IMG/VR virus record: IMGVR_UViG_3300006201_000016
Span: 4,457 to 68,456 of that record
Length of the DNA stretch: 64,000 bases
From: a virus
Direction: 5' to 3' (one strand)
Part shown: positions 56,601 to 64,000 of the stretch, one piece after another
Numbering within the stretch: the stretch's first letter is position 1
Layout: the number at the start of each line of letters is the position of its first letter
Translations under genes and position numbers: made by a program
Notes under the pieces: generated by a model
The model's database searches: none
Told to the model about the DNA's origin: nothing
Seen by the model: only the letters and a program-made list of their open reading frames with translations

Positions 56601-58815
56601 TTGTTTCGAGCGATGCTGCTCTGTCGTTTTCTCCTGAGAGAAATGCTTTTGCCGCCGCGTCGTCCGCTATATAGGCATCATACACTCTGTTTGTCTCACG
56701 CACTCTGTCAAACGGAAGTCCCGCAAGTCCCGCTTTGTAATAGCTCGAAAAAGCCTTTGCCCAGCGCGGAAAATTGCTCGACTGAATATTACCTGTAAAT
56801 GTTCCGCCTCGGTTCGCTGCTGTGAACGCGCTTGAAAATGCCTTAGCCCCGTTGTCGCCGTAATTTCTTATCTCAGTTCTCACTGCTTCCGTTATCGGCG
56901 CTTCCTGATATATCGCCGGGGCATCACGGTATATCTGCGGCGATGTTTCACGCTCAATCATCTCGTTTGTAGCGTACTCGTCTACAAGCCCCTGCGCTTC
57001 GTCTGAAACGATTTTGGCAACTACTTGGCTTTCTGTATTTCTTGCTCCTGTGGCAAAATTAGAGCGTGATTTTGCATATCCCTTTATGGCGTTACGCTTC
57101 TCGGACATCGTGCCGTCGGGGACACCTCGAAGAGACATCTCTCTGAATATGTTTGCCGCCTGCGGTGTATTTATAATCGTCTCCGCCGCTCTGTTCGATA
57201 TCTCTCTACCCTCAAACACATCGCTTAATGCCTGCGCCGCTGCCCTTGCTATATCTGTGTCCACTTGTGCCCCTGTGAGCCTTTCTGTTAATGTAGAAAC
57301 AGAAAAATCGCGCGGAGATACATTTACCTTCTCGCCCTTTATGTCCTCTGATACGGCTTTATAGAGCTTTCCGAGCTGATAGTTTGTTACATTGCCGCCG
57401 TTTCCGTAAACATCGCCGACTTCATTTGCAAGGCGCGCCGTCGCTTCATTGCTCGAATTTCTGCCGTTATGCACAAGCTCTTCAATTACAGTATTGCTGC
57501 TTGAGAGATTATTTATCGACCTGCCGCCCCTGTATGTATTGATTTCACCTACGCCGCCGAACATTCCGCCGATAAGACCGCCGACAAGTCCCTCGTAGAG
57601 CACCTCTTTAAGGTCGAGATTCGCATATCCTTCACGCGTCGCGTCAAAATAGCCTTGTACTCCCGAACGCTCATCTATTGCAGGTATTACACCTTTGAGT
57701 GCAGGATTCACAAGCCCCGCGATAATTTCTTCCGCTCCTTCCGATGTTGCCGAAAGGCCCGTGCGTACAAGTGCCTGCGCAAGATCGCGCCCCTCTTTTG
57801 ATTTTATGAAGTCAAAGGAAGCCTTTCTCGCAACCCTCTCAATAGCCTCATCGCCAAGACCTTTTCCCGCCGCCTTTTTGAGCGGTGCCGCTATTGAGAA
57901 GAGCTTTTCTGTTCCGACTTCAACAGCAGCGGAAAGTCCTCCGTATGCCGCGGCAGCTTCAAGCGAAGCGCCGTTCTGCAGCGCCTCGTGTGTGCCGCCG
58001 CCGAAACTTCTCTCTGCCATAGGAAAGAGCATATTGCCGCCCGTAAGCACGCCTGCGGCAATATCAAGTCCCATCTGCTCTGCGCCAACACCGACATCAA
58101 TCGCAAGCTTGCCGAGGGCGCCAAGTCCCTGCTTGGCGGAAAGTACATCTCGGCTTCCCGAATCCGAAAGACTGCCGCCTTTATCTATGAGCTGTATGCC
58201 GCCGCCTTCCATAGAACCACGCTCTCTGAATTTCTTTATATCCTGTGCAAGCTGTGCTTTACGAAGTCCCGTAGCCGACTTATATTCTTCTTCAAGCTCC
58301 GCCGCAATGTCATTTGAGCTGCGCATTCCTGCGTCTTGTCTCCACTTGTCTTCAAGTGCGGGAATTACGCCTATTCCTGCACCATAAGAACCTACGGACT
58401 GCTTCGCAGCACCTATCGCCGCAAGTTTCACTCTGTCAAGCCCGCCGTCAACAGGTTTAAGTCCTGCATCACTTACCGCCCGTGCACTTGCTGGAATCCC
58501 TCTCTGCAAAAGGTCGTTTTGATATTCGGGAAGAGATACTGCAGGTTTGGGCTGCAATGATGTTTTCTGTGTCGATGCCGAAGCTCTGTTTGCCGTTGCT
58601 CTGCCTGCCTTTGCAAATTCACTCATATTCCTTTTTTCTGTTCTCTTCGGCTGTTCTGTCTTTGCCACTGTCTTTTTCGGCACCGCAGCAGCCGCACTGC
58701 TTGCCGCAAGTCCTAATGCGCTTGTGTTACTACCCGACTGTTTTTGTTTCGTCGGTGTAGTGTTTTTTCTTGCCTTGCCCACTTTTGCAAGCTCTGTCAT
58801 CGTTTTCTTTGCCAT
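50653..58815 (-). CDS. Large polyvalent virion/ejection protein (2720 aa): zincin-like peptidase, LPD3/BECR-like RNase, polyvalent ADP-ribosyltransferase-like domain
   Basis: ANGFY...RHEITH; DKMRA..NIDEI...HERKD...VYDI; RDENGNLLVMYHGT...GAGFYFT...GYDGI. Confidence 0.8.
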   Translation of the reverse strand: MAKKTMTELAKVGKARKNTTPTKQKQSGSNTSALGLAASSAAAAVPKKTVAKTEQPKRTEKRNMSEFAKAGRATANRASASTQKTSLQPKPAVSLPEYQNDLLQRGIPASARAVSDAGLKPVDGGLDRVKLAAIGAAKQSVGSYGAGIGVIPALEDKWRQDAGMRSSNDIAAELEEEYKSATGLRKAQLAQDIKKFRERGSMEGGGIQLIDKGGSLSDSGSRDVLSAKQGLGALGKLAIDVGVGAEQMGLDIAAGVLTGGNMLFPMAERSFGGGTHEALQNGASLEAAAAYGGLSAAVEVGTEKLFSIAAPLKKAAGKGLGDEAIERVARKASFDFIKSKEGRDLAQALVRTGLSATSEGAEEIIAGLVNPALKGVIPAIDERSGVQGYFDATREGYANLDLKEVLYEGLVGGLIGGMFGGVGEINTYRGGRSINNLSSSNTVIEELVHNGRNSSNEATARLANEVGDVYGNGGNVTNYQLGKLYKAVSEDIKGEKVNVSPRDFSVSTLTERLTGAQVDTDIARAAAQALSDVFEGREISNRAAETIINTPQAANIFREMSLRGVPDGTMSEKRNAIKGYAKSRSNFATGARNTESQVVAKIVSDEAQGLVDEYATNEMIERETSPQIYRDAPAIYQEAPITEAVRTEIRNYGDNGAKAFSSAFTAANRGGTFTGNIQSSNFPRWAKAFSSYYKAGLAGLPFDRVRETNRVYDAYIADDAAAKAFLSGENDRAASLETRKRNLADEKTNEGRVVDMSYGNKVSRETKSTLEKLAEKTGTKIVIESTLEANGFYENGEIHIAADATDPLLVVARHEITHNLKEISPELYDAFERYVMGEMTQEDISNTIEGKKATYRESGVEISDEVAIEEIVAEYAENLFTDEAEFARLVGADRTLAQKLLDLLKDFIAKVRGIVSAADISVLTDAQKMWLEMLDNTQSMKKANDDTKQSIRYDADNKPFVEIEEDILDGVDRSDWIRTVRDNLKEKYPNGIDVKGQHLDIDGQSRREMTSSEYTKRIRRRQNERYADKMRATNNIDEIIAAASDWINEDIGHERKDAIIDFATANVRITVGENDYTAKVLVGGKNNGGMKVYDIIKLQPIQIEKKSLSSEIPQNGSREKNSSTDSISNEDAKSNKKFSLRDSNGRNLTEEQAEYFKDSKARDENGNLLVMYHGTPNDGFTVFDRSYANPEGDNGAGFYFTNMIYDADDNYASEESADLQAKIELYAERLSNNEDIDYDEALEISKEKYIKTFGRYEVYLNIKNPVIVDKNNGTVLLSGEEYAELYDIDDYENEDDYYGDVEAVLEDDIENVSYALEAIIQDTSDVTGILAEAYYDGGITYEELKTRINELYIEDEDGNAVGNGVARIVVEALGYDGIIDKTVAEKWGSKSNRINKMNIDEDTVHIIAFNANQIKNVDNKKPTNDADIRFSLRKKSDEEKSYKRLARENNILREQLERARREVKRSDRTEVDRKVTEQYAKELVREYNSGIESSYVTDELLSIYKNMGGSDTDYSNIKARATFLAEDIVSASEVLNTEMQDSYADLINSVRNTPITLAEADRKELAYYEGSYNDFRKANFGSIKLVNDANLSVDEFYAGLCEEYPELFDAGIANPAEQLIAIRDVLERLAPVYENPYGDFYDEAVEMLSLDILEKFFDVPQAKKTFADNAADKLERQKIKDANKMQELRERKDEQIAKIKAESAQRKKEALSKVRADRDKKVREAKDYYINMNKERKSKADRRVRINQIKAITRDMVRKLQNPTDNKHIPEALRSPVAEFFAALDFRTDRQGAHTREALEGLQGKLLRIANDIEKGKSEFFVNIDADLDGMLQSIIDRAGDKAIADMTDSEVEDLYQACRAVKFIVSTANKRFAEGRAQSVADTGEALISDLKAKKDKKDARNAVTSEIDRHFNMNIVNPLDFFDELGETGKQIFKDLRRAQNKKTEALAVCIEKMQKLTEGTEAVKWGENKKVFKTGGGHRIELTDTQVMSLYLLDKREQAQAHIYEGGIRVRNTSNAPVNVTVGDVANIIASLSEEQKKVADGISRILNTDSTDLINEASMQVFGYMKAREKHYFPIESDNDFVSSAIGAVPGEPSIKNKGQFKATVKGANNPILLSDIFDVFTKTMDNATTYNAYLGVFSDVQRIFNYKSENGVVKQLITQKFGTSANAYINKLMVDLNGGMSGESATPIVDRLLRNYKAAMIGWNLSVMFQQPTAITRAYAMIDAKYIAKGAAKKGDYEKVKRYSSIAKWKDWGFFTNNTGRELKSLCLNKSSLTDKFFEPIGAMDNIAWGKLWNAVEFEIADKRPELARGSEEFYAACSERFEEIIDRTQVVDSTLHRSNMMRSNDRFAKVYTSFMSEPLKNYNLVRSSIRTAIEEGTHEARVQAARAVTGFVMSNLTAAFMASLVATLRNKMRDDDKGWLELFAETFKGRFIENTIAIEPLSNTIVQVWGGQGTDRMELAGVADFFAALQRFGKNLWAFSKGEEEPFTWAKINKDIVASAGKCTGIPTATLLRDFEAFLDTTFNMTDWYEGQYAKAKMLNNIGLSENRSKFMKIYFQAVSDDDTEAATMIYNDMLANGISKTYIDGKKKSMMREALSNEVEDMRGLIAEWNGLPEEERTAERKREYQSRLDERFAEVEAMGYSTTDINKALKKKNCSSNKSGKYLMGKAYKAYSEYTANPTSANKEAFLEWYYPLLDAGYDDEDILAAFAAMEE
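55412..55505 (+). ncRNA. Intragenic antisense promoter and hairpin sRNA after the LPD3/BECR-like domain
   Basis: TTGCTT-17-TATACT; RNA about 55447-55505 with a 14-bp closing stem (3 G-U), inner stems and a T7 end. Confidence 0.65.
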
Positions 58816-58827
58816 TTTATCCCCCGA

Positions 58828-60333
58828 TTACAACAAAAGCCCTTCTTCGTCATCATTCACATATTTCATAAAGTCCTTGAATTGACTATCGGTAAAAAGA
58901 TATCCGTACTTCTTAACCCACGCATTCCCTGTCAAACCCACTTCTTCGCCCGTTTCAGGATCAAGACCATTCACCATACAATGATATCCGTAGGACACAG
59001 CGTCTGAATCGTTCTGTTGCTGATTGAATTTCTGCTGTGAAAGCGCAAGATTACCTCTTGAAACAGATTCGCTTGCTTGATTATGTCTCATCGTTTCATC
59101 AAGTTTGGCTTGCGCAAGTGCATTTTCTATCGCATTTTGTTCGGCTGATGCCTTACCGGCCACGATATTATCATACCTGTTTGTTGCGAGTTCACTCAAA
59201 TACTGACTTATAGAAAGTCCGTCACTCATTCTTTTGCTGAACCTGTTATAATCTCCGACATCAAGGTCTGACAGCGCCGAAAGAAGCTGATAACTGCTGT
59301 TAAAATCGTTTTGATACCTGTTGTACGCTGCCTCCTGCAATGTGGGAATTATATTTTGTAATTCTTGATCGTATCGGCTTTTGGCCTGCTGTGCAGCCGA
59401 CATAGCATAAGAAGATGGCATACCGCCTGTCATCGCCGCATACTCTGCAAGTGTGTCGTTCATTGCCGCATCGCCAAGTCGCCCGTACTCTCCCGCATAG
59501 ATATTATAAAGATCGTCTTCAAGAGGATTGTACGAAAACGCTTCCCTATTTCGTAGTGACGACAAAACCTCTTGAATATCGTCATCATACTGACTTTTAT
59601 AGTTCTCCATATCCTCCATATATTTTGTATATGCCTCCAGCTCCTGGGCGTTTGCTATATACTTCTCATATTTTGCCCTTCTTTCCGAATCATCGTATTT
59701 AGTGTACGGTGATTCATAAGTTTTATTGAGGTAGCCTTGATAAAGATTTCTCATCTGATCTGAGCCCATTCCAGACGCAAAGCTATAGTCCAAAGCCGTG
59801 CCATAATCGAGATCGGGATCATAACCAAGTTGTGAGTTCAGTGCCGCTTCCGCTGCTTTCATAACAGCATCTATGCCCTCACCCGAATATTGATACTTTC
59901 CCTTATTCGTTATACGGCTACTACCTGAGCCGCCTGGCACAAGCACACCCTGCCCGTTCTGCATAGTCCATTTTCTGCCCTGTGCATCTATCGAAGAATA
60001 TCCGTCAGGAAGTCTTGCTCCATTATTGAGAAATGTAAGACCGTTTTCAATATATCCACCTTGAGCATTCCCCGCTTTGTCATAAACGGTTGTGCTGTAT
60101 CGGTTTGAAGATGAGCTCTTGCTGCCAGAGCTTTTCTTTACGTTCGTTGATGTATTTTTACTTTGGCTCTGATACGCATTTGCTGTGAATCCTCCGTTTT
60201 TAGTCGTAACAGAAACCGAACCGTCAGAATTTTTCTTCCAAGTGCTTCCGTCACTCGCCTTATATGTACTTCCTGCTTTCATATTGTTTGCAATATCTTG
60301 ACCTTTTTTTGAACCTATTTTATAGCCTGCCAT
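58828..60333 (-). CDS. Internal virion/ejection protein (phage B)
   Basis: FSYNP..D.LY, AMTGG..SSYA..AAQQ motifs; directly upstream of the giant protein. Confidence 0.7.
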   Translation of the reverse strand: MAGYKIGSKKGQDIANNMKAGSTYKASDGSTWKKNSDGSVSVTTKNGGFTANAYQSQSKNTSTNVKKSSGSKSSSSNRYSTTVYDKAGNAQGGYIENGLTFLNNGARLPDGYSSIDAQGRKWTMQNGQGVLVPGGSGSSRITNKGKYQYSGEGIDAVMKAAEAALNSQLGYDPDLDYGTALDYSFASGMGSDQMRNLYQGYLNKTYESPYTKYDDSERRAKYEKYIANAQELEAYTKYMEDMENYKSQYDDDIQEVLSSLRNREAFSYNPLEDDLYNIYAGEYGRLGDAAMNDTLAEYAAMTGGMPSSYAMSAAQQAKSRYDQELQNIIPTLQEAAYNRYQNDFNSSYQLLSALSDLDVGDYNRFSKRMSDGLSISQYLSELATNRYDNIVAGKASAEQNAIENALAQAKLDETMRHNQASESVSRGNLALSQQKFNQQQNDSDAVSYGYHCMVNGLDPETGEEVGLTGNAWVKKYGYLFTDSQFKDFMKYVNDDEEGLLL

Positions 60334-60352
60334 CTTTCTTTTCTCCTTCCAT

Positions 60353-60781
60353 CTAAACCGTTTTCCACGCAGTGTCATAATCTGCGTCTGATAATTTGAC
60401 AAGTATCTGCCCTGCACTTCCCCCTGCGGGCACACCTGCACCGTCGTTTCCTTTTTCGCCCTTTGCTCCCTTAATATTTCTCACTTCTGGGGTAACACCG
60501 CCCATATCCGTAAGCGTCCACGAAATATTGCCCGCAGCATCAATATCCGGAAGCCATATTCGCCCGGGCGCACCCTGCGCACCTGTTTCGCCTTTCAGCG
60601 CACCTTGCTTGAGAAGTACCTCAAGTGAAACGCCGAACTCGCTCACAACATCGGACATATCCACGTTTTGAAGCGCAAGCTGTACATTCTGCTGGAGCGT
60701 GTTTATCGCTTCAACGATCTCTTCTATGAGCTGTTCCGTGCTCTTCCCTGCCGTCTTTATATTTACACTATTAAGTATCAA
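60353..60781 (-). CDS. Virion protein with short collagen-like repeats
   Basis: G-X-Y runs; GVPAGG.AGQ.L.K.SD.DYD..W. Confidence 0.65.
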   Translation of the reverse strand: MILNSVNIKTAGKSTEQLIEEIVEAINTLQQNVQLALQNVDMSDVVSEFGVSLEVLLKQGALKGETGAQGAPGRIWLPDIDAAGNISWTLTDMGGVTPEVRNIKGAKGEKGNDGAGVPAGGSAGQILVKLSDADYDTAWKTV

Positions 60782-62334
60782 TTTTCATCACTCCCAACAA
60801 GAACCGATTTTGACAGTGAAAATATCTTCGCCTGTCCCCTGCCGACAATTCTAATGTTCAAAAAGTCACACCTCGTCGGCACTATCGGTATGCTCACCGT
60901 TTTTCTCTCACTGAACGCCGCTCTGTATACCTCTTTCCAGCCCTTTCGATCCTCGTTGATGTATACTGCAATCGACGCTTTCGGCTCAAGAAGCTCAAAC
61001 TGCAAATTAAACTTCGTGTGTATCTTCTTTTCGTCGGCACCCTCAGTCATTTCCCCAAACTCTGCGTACCAATCAACGATCTCATCTACAACATTTTCAC
61101 TCGAAAGCGCGTATATCTTCTTATCAGAAGAGAGCATATAGAGCACGCCCTCATCATAAGAAAAGTCTAAAACGTGCGTATCGTCCTCTTTAAGCCAAAT
61201 ACCTTTCCCAAAGTCATACACAAACAGTTCCCATTTGTCGCCCGATTTAAGCGACACGTAATATTTGCTGCCGTCCGTGCCACCTACAGCCTGCGAAAAG
61301 CGTCGTGTACCGAAATTCTGCGAAAATATGTCGGGAGTGCCGCCCGTATAATCCATAATCCCCGAAAGCGAAAGATAGATAATATTATCACTCACATTAA
61401 CTATCGACTTATGCGCCCCCGCTCTTACTCCCTGCGACTGTATATCAGCAAACTGAAAATTTGACGGCTTGCTGCCATACAGACGGTGAACACAATGCTC
61501 CTTAAAGAATGCTATGTGCGTTCCAAATCCTATACAGCCTGTGAACACGCCGCTGCTTCCGACTTCTACGCTATACGAATCCGATGCGAGTCCGCTAAAA
61601 ATATTAAAGTTTTCAGGTTTTCCGAGTGCTGACGCGTATATAGTATTTCCCGCAACACCCCAAAGACGATTGTTGTACTCACAAACATATTCGAGGTCGG
61701 GAATTTCTCTCTTTATCGTCACTTTCGTAACCTTGGTGTCCGATTTAGTCTCCGTGAATGTATTATCAGCGAATTTAAGCTCATAATCACTCGCGCTCTT
61801 AACAACAAATGTTCCGTTGTTCATCGCGATATCGCTTCCGCTTATCGTAACAGCATCGCCGGACTTAAAGGGGAACTTCTCTCCGGGTGCAGTTTCGCTG
61901 TTTGCCTGCTTTATAGAATTTTTAGTAAATGTAAAGGTTGTCGATTCTATGCTCTTGTCAAGCGTATCGAAGTTATCATCAGAAATGTCATAGATGCACT
62001 TGTCGGGGAAGATGATTATACGGTCTCCCATCGAAACAAATTGCTTTTCCCCTGCCGCAACAACACCCTTCTGCTTGCCGTCATAATAGAATTTTTCACC
62101 GTCTATGTAGGCCGTTTTACCGTTTCGCACATACATAGCCGTAGGTGATTCGAGGTCGCTCTTGATTATTTTTCGCGGCAGTCTCGGTGCAAGCACGGGG
62201 TATTTGTCCGACGTGAGATTCTTGCAGTCCGACATTTCACCGTCGACTATCACGGGATTGGCATTATACCCTTTAAATTCAATAACCTGCATTTTTGTAC
62301 GCGGAAGGTTGTATCTCATTTGCGGTAATCTCAT
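60778..62334 (-). CDS. Tail nozzle/DNA stabilization protein (P22 gp10-like)
   Basis: F.GYN...GE.SDC.NL.S..YP.L.PR, NRLWG, IYAS.LG, FFKE, beta-propeller character. Confidence 0.75.
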   Translation of the reverse strand: MRLPQMRYNLPRTKMQVIEFKGYNANPVIVDGEMSDCKNLTSDKYPVLAPRLPRKIIKSDLESPTAMYVRNGKTAYIDGEKFYYDGKQKGVVAAGEKQFVSMGDRIIIFPDKCIYDISDDNFDTLDKSIESTTFTFTKNSIKQANSETAPGEKFPFKSGDAVTISGSDIAMNNGTFVVKSASDYELKFADNTFTETKSDTKVTKVTIKREIPDLEYVCEYNNRLWGVAGNTIYASALGKPENFNIFSGLASDSYSVEVGSSGVFTGCIGFGTHIAFFKEHCVHRLYGSKPSNFQFADIQSQGVRAGAHKSIVNVSDNIIYLSLSGIMDYTGGTPDIFSQNFGTRRFSQAVGGTDGSKYYVSLKSGDKWELFVYDFGKGIWLKEDDTHVLDFSYDEGVLYMLSSDKKIYALSSENVVDEIVDWYAEFGEMTEGADEKKIHTKFNLQFELLEPKASIAVYINEDRKGWKEVYRAAFSERKTVSIPIVPTRCDFLNIRIVGRGQAKIFSLSKSVLVGSDEN

Positions 62335-62343
62335 ATCTTCCTC

Positions 62344-62712
62344 CTACCAATAATTTATAAACTGATTGCTGCCCGGATTGTTCTTTTTCCAATACGCCTC
62401 ATACTGCGAATAAGCTTCATTGAACAGCGACATATTGTTGTTGTAGCTCTCGATTTCCCTGTTCTCGTAGTCAATCATCGCGTAAAGATAATAAATATAG
62501 ATATCCGCGTACGGGTACGGCACAATCAATTCTGTTTCCTTATCATCGTCCCAAATATACCTTATAACATCGTCTAAATCTTTCTTCTGTAATTCAACCT
62601 GTATTATTCCTTCGAGCTTGTTTGTCCATTCTGTTTTTTGGTCTTCCGAATACGCATTCGCCTTATTCTTATCCACACTTGCCATAAGCTTTGACAAAGT
62701 CATCCTCTCCAT
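62344..62712 (-). CDS. Head-tail adaptor protein
   Basis: ELIVP.PY.DIY.YYL.A.ID..N.E...YNN. Confidence 0.65.
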   Translation of the reverse strand: MERMTLSKLMASVDKNKANAYSEDQKTEWTNKLEGIIQVELQKKDLDDVIRYIWDDDKETELIVPYPYADIYIYYLYAMIDYENREIESYNNNMSLFNEAYSQYEAYWKKNNPGSNQFINYW

Positions 62713-62758
62713 ATATACGCCCTCCTTATCCTGCTTTTACAGTATCAAAAAACAAGAA

Positions 62759-62772
62759 AAAAGTAGACGAAA
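62759..62772 (-). promoter_or_regulatory. Late-promoter motif TTTCGTCTACTTTT
   Basis: Third copy, followed by TGATACT, upstream of the adaptor gene. Confidence 0.65.
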
Positions 62773-62802
62773 CCCGTCCACTTTTCATCGACTTTTAAAT
62801 CT

Positions 62803-62994
62803 TCATTCTTTTACTTCCGGCAGCCCCGCTATGCTTGTAAGCAAACTGAGTACGCCCGCGAGTATGCTCGCACTGCCCACAAGCAGCCAGTCCACCTGTC
62901 CCATAGCTGCCGCCGTGCCTATCGTAGCTACAGCTGTTTGTGCTACGGTCTTAACGGCGCGCACCGCCGCTGCCTTAATCCATTTCTTTGTCAT
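62803..62994 (-). CDS. Holin (r1t-like)
   Basis: W.KAA.VRAVKT.AQT...SLLTSIAGLPE. Confidence 0.9.
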   Translation of the reverse strand: MTKKWIKAAAVRAVKTVAQTAVATIGTAAAMGQVDWLLVGSASILAGVLSLLTSIAGLPEVKE

Positions 62995-63236
62995 CTCGTT
63001 TTCCCCTCCAAGTCTTCTATTCTGTGATTTGCAACCTTTATACGCTCGTCTGTCACATCCGCACGATCCTCAAGTTTATATGTACGTTCTATCACATTAT
63101 TATGTAAATCCACCTTCTTTTCGAGCTGCGACAGTCTATACTCAACGAGCGAAGTAGATTTTTTGATCCCATACGCCGAACCAACCGCCGTACCTATACA
63201 CGATATAAGCGCAACAATTATAGTCGTCCAATCCAT
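62991..63236 (-). CDS. Lysis-module membrane protein
   Basis: N-terminal TM; YRL.QLE.KV..HNNVIERTY.LE...KVANHRI.DLE. Confidence 0.75.
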   Translation of the reverse strand: MDWTTIIVALISCIGTAVGSAYGIKKSTSLVEYRLSQLEKKVDLHNNVIERTYKLEDRADVTDERIKVANHRIEDLEGKTR

Positions 63237-63249
63237 AAGCCTAATCCTC

Positions 63250-63678
63250 CTACCTGTTATCCTTGTATCTAAAAGCCTTATAGCCAAACTTATCCGAATA
63301 GCTGTCGAAGTGCATTCCCCATCTGTACACCTCTACTCCTCCGATTTTATCGTGTACAGTGCATATGGCTTGCCACCAGTGTGTAAAGCGCTTTACGGTT
63401 TCGTTGTCCTTGGTGTTGATATTGTTTATGTCGGTCGCGCGGCCATCAAGGTGGGCGGAGTTTGATGCTCCGCCGCATTTTCTGTTGAACTCTTTCGTCC
63501 TGTACCAACTTGACACATTAAGCGGCTTGCCATAGCAGTCACGGAGCTCTTGCATCATCTGTGCGTGTGCAACGACTTCTGGTGTTAGGACGAGTCTTAC
63601 AGTGTCAGAAGCCTGCTTGTTTGTCATTTCGGCAAGTGTGAAATTCTTTGTTATTCGTCCGTCTGTTATGTATGGCAT
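63250..63678 (-). CDS. Peptidase M15 endolysin (second copy)
   Basis: Near-identical to 24353-24802. Confidence 0.85.
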   Translation of the reverse strand: MPYITDGRITKNFTLAEMTNKQASDTVRLVLTPEVVAHAQMMQELRDCYGKPLNVSSWYRTKEFNRKCGGASNSAHLDGRATDINNINTKDNETVKRFTHWWQAICTVHDKIGGVEVYRWGMHFDSYSDKFGYKAFRYKDNR

Positions 63679-63784
63679 ATTGTTTTTCTCCTTAACTATT
63701 AAAAATCCTTAGTTGTTAGTTTTTTGGTCATTCAAATTTTGGACTGGTTTATTTTAATAACTATCTAAAAATTCTCGGTAGTTT

Positions 63785-64000
63785 CTATACAAACTGAATG
63801 CCATACCCCTGTATTTGCGATGTATTTATTTTTGCAAATTTCTCCGCACCGTTGATAGCCGCAATGTGTCCGCCGTCAAGCATAATCGCAAGCTCAAACT
63901 GCATCTTGTCTCGGCAGTGCGCATTTATCTGCGCCGCCGTCATATTCTTGTAGTATACTCCGTAAACTTTACTGTTCTTGACCGCAAGGACAGTATGATT
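63785..64000 (-). CDS. Phosphodiester glycosidase-like protein, 3' part (second copy)
   Basis: Aligns to 24855-25070 at an offset of 38930; the last 77 nt are identical. Confidence 0.85.
   Translation of the reverse strand, partial: NHTVLAVKNSKVYGVYYKNMTAAQINAHCRDKMQFELAIMLDGGHIAAINGAEKFAKINTSQIQGYGIQFV

Overview
The whole window is temperate-phage DNA from a low-GC Clostridia-type host, with no bacterial housekeeping genes. It holds two distinct short-tailed phages with N4-gp56-type capsids, and both appear in circular (attP-intact) form. Phage A comprises the head and early genes at 1-14.4 kb, a serine integrase with an attP whose core resembles cotJC, an HTH/ImmA/microprotein cassette, and a 2126-aa polyvalent virion protein with lysis genes up to about 25 kb. 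Phage B is an apparently complete ~38.9-kb unit from about 25 to 64 kb: tail, head module with its own Prp protease, recombination/replication genes, CI/Cro, DarTG, a tyrosine integrase with a tRNA-Ser-type attP, a 2720-aa polyvalent protein, nozzle/adaptor and lysis genes. The two genomes are joined through a shared endolysin/glycosidase module, either as a real co-integrate or as an assembly chimera. The most striking signal is inside the two giant virion-protein genes: each of the four predicted BECR-fold RNase domains is immediately followed by a consensus sigma70 promoter on the opposite strand, driving a 60-115-nt structured RNA that ends in a U-tract. This is a candidate hidden 'one RNA antitoxin per injected nuclease domain' system. 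All family assignments come from motif recognition, not database searches.
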